DNA from: a virus
IMG/VR virus record: IMGVR_UViG_3300007535_000003
Span: 33,238 to 97,237 of that record
Reading direction: 5' to 3' (one strand)
Length of the DNA: 64,000 bases
The translations under genes were made by a program, and so were the position numbers. This document shows, piece after piece, positions 58,557 through 64,000 of this stretch (position 1 is its first letter; each line of letters opens with the position of its first letter). The notes beneath the pieces are model-generated. The model did not search any database, was not told the origin of the DNA, and saw nothing but the letters and a program-made list of their open reading frames with translations.

Positions 58557-60593
58557 TTATTTAGTTTTAACGTCTTCTGCAATTGATCTCCTAGAAGGAG
58601 TTGTCTTACCTCTATTCTGTTGCATCTGAAGTAATTCCCTTAGAGCATTCCTCTGACTACGTACATCCTTTGTAATACCAAACATCCTAGCATATTCTTC
58701 AGACTGGGGCTGTCCACTAGTAACTGGTATTAGCTCTGAAGTAAGAGCATTAGTCATATCTTCAGCTCTGTCGGGTAGAGCAGTATATAGATTAATACGC
58801 ACTATCTCTTTAGTGTTTCCATTACTATCCTCTATTTCCTCTATATAAGCTGAACCAGAATCTACAAGATCTTTAAGGCTAGGTAAGTCAGTACCATGTT
58901 TATCTTCAGCTCTTTCTATCATATTCTCTGCTTGATTCTTAGACATCTCTATGGTACCACGGGAATATAGTTGACCTTCCCTAGTTAATATCTTATTGTT
59001 AACTTGAGCTGGTTCATACTTATATTTTCCTTCAAGACCTGCCAACTCTTTACCTAACATGTTTGCTTTAGTATATTTATCTGCCTTCTCTCTTATACCT
59101 TCTGGTAGTGACTCTTCAGCACTTTTAATACCTTCCTTAATATCTCTAGATATATCAGCTAGTAATTCTTTCTTTTCTGTATCACCAACAGTCTCATCCC
59201 TCATTTTGGCTGGTATATCGCCATAATCTTCCTCTAAATTGCTATCAGTAGCTAATTCATATGCTTTAGCTAATTTGTTGTAATTAGAACTTTTTTGACT
59301 AGAAGATGTTGGAGCTCCCATATAGCCTACATATTCATACTTGCCTGAAGATTTCAGGTTGCTAGGAGTTAAACCTTTCTTAGACACATCACCTAACAGC
59401 TTACTAGCCTCATCTATAGCAGAGATTTTCTCAGCATTAGCTTGTATATTTGCTAGATCTTCAGGTCTACCTAAACCTAAGTCAGGTAATATACTGCTTT
59501 CTTCAGCAAATTGGCCTAAGTCTAATCTACCCTTATCATCTGTATTCATCCAACGATGCATAGTCTCTTGATCGAAAGTTTGAACTTCCTTAGTCATAAG
59601 ATCTTCAGCTCTTTGAGCGTACATAATATCAAACATGCTCGCACCAGCTTGTTCCTGCTGTGCTTGACGCCTACTCTCTACAGCAGACCAGTTAGTATCA
59701 ATACCTGACTCAGCTGCAATAACTCTCCTAGCTGTTTCATCATATAAAGCTCTCTCTATATTATTGACTAGATCCCTAGACATTTCAGGAGCTTCCCCAG
59801 CTTTTACTTGCTGCCTAGCTATATACTCGGCTTGATCACTCAATGCTCTACCCGCTTTACTAGTTCTAAAGTCATTAGGTATACGTCTTAGTACTAAATC
59901 GTCAGACTCTTCATCTTGAACATAACCTAACATCCTACCTACCCTATCAGGTAGTACTCCTGTCTGACCAAATTCTAAAGTATCTTCACGTATATCATCA
60001 AGCATAACATCCCTAATATATTCATTAGGATCTGCCATCTCTTCAGGAACTGTACTAAACCTAAGAGTCCTACGACCTTCAGGTGTAACAGCGCCTTCAG
60101 TTTCATACTCAGCTAACTGTTCCCTTATCTGATTAACTTTCCAAGAAGGTAGTTGATAGCCATACTCCTCTAATCTTTCCCTGGTTTCTGCCGCTTCTTG
60201 TGCAGCACTTTTAGCTTCTCCCCAAAAGGGATCTGATAATATTTCAGACCTAACATTTTGAAACCTATTCTTAAAACCAGGAGACCTAAGATTATAGCCT
60301 TCTTCTTCAGCTAATTGGTTTATAGCTTGTTTAGCTGCGTTAGCTTTAGCTTTAGCTGTCCTAGCATCTCCACCACCGATACCTAAAGCTCTACCTGAAG
60401 TACCTTCTGCAGCTTCCTCTGTGGACAATTGTCCAGAGCCTAAACCACCTATAAACTGTTGAGCAGCCTGACGATAAGCATCTTGTTCTTTCTGCATCTG
60501 CCCAGCCATAGCACCTAACTCCTGAATTGGGGGAGCTACGTAACTAGGTTGATAATAACCTTGAGCAGGTTGTGTATATTGACTAATTGGCAT
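58557..60593 (-). CDS. putative virion cargo/ejection protein
   Basis: 678 aa, Y.P.Y..PP N-terminus, directly upstream of the vRNAP as in crAss-like gene order. Confidence 0.65.
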   Translation of the reverse strand: MPISQYTQPAQGYYQPSYVAPPIQELGAMAGQMQKEQDAYRQAAQQFIGGLGSGQLSTEEAAEGTSGRALGIGGGDARTAKAKANAAKQAINQLAEEEGYNLRSPGFKNRFQNVRSEILSDPFWGEAKSAAQEAAETRERLEEYGYQLPSWKVNQIREQLAEYETEGAVTPEGRRTLRFSTVPEEMADPNEYIRDVMLDDIREDTLEFGQTGVLPDRVGRMLGYVQDEESDDLVLRRIPNDFRTSKAGRALSDQAEYIARQQVKAGEAPEMSRDLVNNIERALYDETARRVIAAESGIDTNWSAVESRRQAQQEQAGASMFDIMYAQRAEDLMTKEVQTFDQETMHRWMNTDDKGRLDLGQFAEESSILPDLGLGRPEDLANIQANAEKISAIDEASKLLGDVSKKGLTPSNLKSSGKYEYVGYMGAPTSSSQKSSNYNKLAKAYELATDSNLEEDYGDIPAKMRDETVGDTEKKELLADISRDIKEGIKSAEESLPEGIREKADKYTKANMLGKELAGLEGKYKYEPAQVNNKILTREGQLYSRGTIEMSKNQAENMIERAEDKHGTDLPSLKDLVDSGSAYIEEIEDSNGNTKEIVRINLYTALPDRAEDMTNALTSELIPVTSGQPQSEEYARMFGITKDVRSQRNALRELLQMQQNRGKTTPSRRSIAEDVKTK

Positions 60594-60597
60594 ATTA

Positions 60598-63378
60598 TTA
60601 ATTATTATTTTTTAAATATCTTTTATACGCAGTATTAAATATATCACCCCTAGTAGGATTGAAATTAATACTACCTTGCTGACCTACATCATAATCAGGT
60701 AAGTACTGATTAAGTGCTCCACGCCACATTTCAGTATTACGCCTAGACTGTACATCTTGCATAACACCCCTAGCACCAGCACCTAACTGACTCATACCAG
60801 TACTTATTAACCTATCCTTAGCTGCCTGAGTGCCTAACCTACGATTTAAGTTAGCCTCTTCTAACTGCTGCCTACGTTGTGCTTCCCTAGAGCCCATGTT
60901 AGCTAACATACTAGCATTCTGTTGCCTATATTGATTCTCTACATTTTCTTTACGTCCGTATATATTAGCTTTGGTCCTAGCGTCTTGACCTTGTAATGCA
61001 GCTAAATTAGCTAAGTATTGCGCAGAACTAGGAGCTGTTTCCCTTAAGTTTCTTTCAGCTGTCCTAGAAGCTATATTAGCTTGTTGTAGTTGAGGCCTAA
61101 CATCGTATCGCCTATCCCTCATTAGATTAAGTATCTCTTGCTTATAGGGATTCTGTTGGTAATTTATATCTGTTTGAGCTTTTTTACCAAACAGCCCTTT
61201 ACCTATATTATATAAAGCAGGCGCAAATTGAGCTGCTACACCTACCCCAGTACCTACTTTGCCCCAGTTAATACCTTGTCCACCAGCTTCAGGTGCTTCT
61301 GGTGAGCTCATAGGAGCTAGTTGAGGATTGTTAACATCGTAGGTTTGTTCCTGTCCTATACCCCTTATACCAGATAACTTGTCAGGATTAGAGGTATCAA
61401 GTTGCATCGCAGCCTCATCATCTATATCTATATTATTTAAATCATACAACTCTGGACTTAAATTATGCCCTACAAATCTACCAGGATCATGAAGAGGCCT
61501 ATTAGCGGATGTACCACTAGGTGTCCAAGTATTGCCTATAGTTTGATTATAGGGACTAGGAGCTAACTGTGGGTTATTAGCATTATAAGTCTGACCCATA
61601 CCTTGTAAAGGTAAAGAACTCATTTTAGAACTCTCACCCCACCCCCAGTCATCAGAGTTACCCCACATAGCTTCTATAGGACCCCATCCGGTTGTACCAC
61701 CTTCCTGCATTTTACGGTTGCCTCCAGAAGTTTTCTGACTCTCTTGTTGTTGCATTAAATCCATATATTCTTTATTCACTTTAGCTAACATCTTCTCTGC
61801 AGTACGTTTAGCTATCGGAGTAGGCTTACCTTCCATTACTTTCTTATAGTTATTATACGCTCTTTCTAATCTCCTACCTAATTCTTTATATTCCTTATTA
61901 TCACTATTCTTAAGATCACCTAGAACTTGAGTACCTTTAGGTAGGTTCATATCTATACCACCATTTTTATGTGTAGGAGTACCTTGTGGTACCTGTTTAA
62001 TAACACCAGCTGGGGTTCTATAAGTTTCTCCCTTCTCTAATTCAGCATTAGGACCGCTATTACCATAAGGTATCATACCGCCCATAGGCATTTGATAAGG
62101 AGAAGTATACTGACTTTGGTGTTGGGGCTGCATTTGTGCTTGTGCAGCTTGTGCTGTTTGTTGGGCCTGCATAGCTTGCTGTTGTTGAGCTGCTTGTTTA
62201 TCTCCTTGTATTTCACTGCCTATCATGCCTGCACCAGAAGATATCATGCCCATACCAGCCCCCTGTAATCCTGGAACAAACATAGCTCCAGCTCCTCCTA
62301 ACGCTAACGCACCACCCAGTATACCCTGTTTATTCTCACCTATCCAACCACCTAAGTTGTATTCAGGTAATTCACCCTCATAATTTTTAACCTTTTTAGC
62401 TGCTCTATCTAAAAGCTTCTCCTTTATATCAAAGTCACCTTCTTCACTAGTACCTATCATAAACCCCTGATTTCCGTATAGATTACCTTCTTTACCTACC
62501 CTAACAGGGGATTCAGATTCGACTATACCGAATCTATCATTAACTCTAGATAACCTACTCCTCAAAGAATCTGGGGATTCTGTTTGACCTAAGTAACTAG
62601 CAACATTAGAGGGGTATACCTGATTTAAATACCAACCCATGTTAGACCTATTTATAGGCCTAAAATTAGGATTTGATATATATTCACCAGGTTTACCGTA
62701 TTCTTTGGTCTTAGCCATATTATGAGAATAGACATCAGCACTTGGGGAACCTGATACAGGACCACCTTTTTGGTATTTCACTTTGTTCGTTTTTTCAGAC
62801 ATCTTATTTTTATTATTATTCTGTTCTACGGGTATGTAATTATTATCGCTACCTTTTTCATAATAGACCCTATCATATATTTCTGGTGTCCTATCTAAAA
62901 ACTTATTAGCTAAAGGATTCTTTAAATCCCATTTATCATAAAAGGATACGTATTGACCTCTTTCATCTTCACCTCTACCTACTGTTATATCCCCAGAAAA
63001 AGTTAAATAAGGTAGCTCACTAACTCCACCTTCCCTAGTATCTAAAACAGCCTTATCTTTATCACCAAGAGCTTTCATAGCTCTATTGAGAAATTTCCCC
63101 CTATTGTAATCTTTAGGAGTATAATAAGTAACATCCTGTTCCTGGCTTATAGAAGGAGCGTATTTAGACTTGTTAAAGCTTCTAGTGGGTTCTCTACCCC
63201 CTAAAGCATATCTCCACATATCTTCCCTTCTTTCGCCTACAGGTGCTCTACCTCCACCTACTATAATATTGCCTATTGCTGGAAGTATATTACCCAGTGT
63301 ATTACTATAACCTAGAGGTTGAATATTTTTATATATCCTTTTATCTAACTTAGTAAATTTGGGATCTCCGTTTGCCAT
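60598..63378 (-). CDS. putative virion cargo/ejection protein with xxxGG repeats and Gly-rich TM segments
   Basis: YQKGG/YNLGG/MPMGG/MQEGG motifs, NAELEKGE, THKNGGI, Gln-rich linkers. Confidence 0.7.
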   Translation of the reverse strand: MANGDPKFTKLDKRIYKNIQPLGYSNTLGNILPAIGNIIVGGGRAPVGERREDMWRYALGGREPTRSFNKSKYAPSISQEQDVTYYTPKDYNRGKFLNRAMKALGDKDKAVLDTREGGVSELPYLTFSGDITVGRGEDERGQYVSFYDKWDLKNPLANKFLDRTPEIYDRVYYEKGSDNNYIPVEQNNNKNKMSEKTNKVKYQKGGPVSGSPSADVYSHNMAKTKEYGKPGEYISNPNFRPINRSNMGWYLNQVYPSNVASYLGQTESPDSLRSRLSRVNDRFGIVESESPVRVGKEGNLYGNQGFMIGTSEEGDFDIKEKLLDRAAKKVKNYEGELPEYNLGGWIGENKQGILGGALALGGAGAMFVPGLQGAGMGMISSGAGMIGSEIQGDKQAAQQQQAMQAQQTAQAAQAQMQPQHQSQYTSPYQMPMGGMIPYGNSGPNAELEKGETYRTPAGVIKQVPQGTPTHKNGGIDMNLPKGTQVLGDLKNSDNKEYKELGRRLERAYNNYKKVMEGKPTPIAKRTAEKMLAKVNKEYMDLMQQQESQKTSGGNRKMQEGGTTGWGPIEAMWGNSDDWGWGESSKMSSLPLQGMGQTYNANNPQLAPSPYNQTIGNTWTPSGTSANRPLHDPGRFVGHNLSPELYDLNNIDIDDEAAMQLDTSNPDKLSGIRGIGQEQTYDVNNPQLAPMSSPEAPEAGGQGINWGKVGTGVGVAAQFAPALYNIGKGLFGKKAQTDINYQQNPYKQEILNLMRDRRYDVRPQLQQANIASRTAERNLRETAPSSAQYLANLAALQGQDARTKANIYGRKENVENQYRQQNASMLANMGSREAQRRQQLEEANLNRRLGTQAAKDRLISTGMSQLGAGARGVMQDVQSRRNTEMWRGALNQYLPDYDVGQQGSINFNPTRGDIFNTAYKRYLKNNN

Positions 63379-63386
63379 ATCCTATA

Positions 63387-63599
63387 TTATTTATTAGCTT
63401 TCCTAGCGTTCCGTGCGAAATTAGCTTTCTTAGCTATCTTACCACCTTGTTTCAAACCTTTCTTTATACAAGCTTGTGTAACACCATTATAGCCTTGTTT
63501 TTTACACCAGCGAGTAAAGCTGCCTTCAGTACCTTTACGCTTCATACGTTTAGAAGCTTTACCCATCCAATCCTTATTAGAACCTTTCTTTTTAGCCAT
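63387..63599 (-). CDS. small basic virion-associated protein
   Basis: GSFTRWCKKQG...KKANFARNARK. Confidence 0.65.
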   Translation of the reverse strand: MAKKKGSNKDWMGKASKRMKRKGTEGSFTRWCKKQGYNGVTQACIKKGLKQGGKIAKKANFARNARKANK

Positions 63600-63609
63600 G
63601 GCTTTAATT

Positions 63610-64000
63610 TTATCTATATGATAACCTATACTTAGTTACAAATAATGGGAAGTTAAATCTATACCCATTAACATTATCATATTTAAGTTCTACAATTAAA
63701 TATTTATCACGCATCCTCTCCTTGAAACTCTTACTAGAGTCTAAGTTACCAGCATCGAATATATCTGGATTATCAGCTAGATCTACAGTAACTGCATTCC
63801 TAGGAATTCGCATAGACCAGTCTTTACCACGCTTATCTATATTGTCGCCTACAGTAAGACTTACCCAATCTGAATTCTGATAAGTGTTGTATACCCTAGC
63901 TTCATCTAATGTATCATAAAATATATTCTTATCGCTAGAGTCTGTAGATTTATTTATATAGTTAAATACATCAAATATCTTAGTTAAGCCTATATCAGAA
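63610..64000 (-). CDS. C-terminus of a tail stabilisation-type structural protein (partial)
   Basis: Frame open to the window edge: KIFD...YNTYQ...WSMRIPR...RMRDKYL. Confidence 0.6.
   Translation of the reverse strand, partial: SDIGLTKIFDVFNYINKSTDSSDKNIFYDTLDEARVYNTYQNSDWVSLTVGDNIDKRGKDWSMRIPRNAVTVDLADNPDIFDAGNLDSSKSFKERMRDKYLIVELKYDNVNGYRFNFPLFVTKYRLSYR

Noticed and set aside
40272-59571. Plus-strand ORFs inside the giant minus-strand genes, and similar shadow ORFs elsewhere
   Set aside because: Antisense shadows of real CDSs with low-complexity Ser/Leu/Phe-rich translations.
1-64000. Genome-wide TAG or TGA recoding as in some crAss-like phages
   Set aside because: Long genes (7427, 926, 682 and 657 aa) are uninterrupted in the standard code, and TAG ends several genes; only one internal TAG was seen.

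Overview
This window is about 64 kb of an AT-rich crAss-like (Crassvirales-type) phage genome, probably infecting a Bacteroidota host (inferred from the tmRNA tag and the mostly SD-less, AT-rich leaders). It has three blocks. (1) 1-2051, minus strand: HSP20, a GroES-like co-chaperonin and a structured-RNA candidate. (2) 2553-36203, plus strand: small early genes and an RNA-rich island, then the replication module (family A DNA polymerase, DnaB, AAA ATPase, SSB, primase, PD-(D/E)XK nucleases, UDG). (3) 36258-64000, minus strand: virion genes, including a 7427-aa multidomain virion RNA polymerase. The most unusual content is non-coding. There is a circularly permuted two-piece tmRNA whose T-loop is interrupted by a group I intron carrying an antisense LAGLIDADG endonuclease. 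Three tRNA scaffolds carry large structured inserts, and there is a ~1.2-kb hairpin-dense candidate giant ncRNA. An AACCACAAA motif precedes about ten early start codons, and a candidate sRNA is antisense to that motif plus the AUG. All RNA structures were read by eye; no folding or database searches were run.
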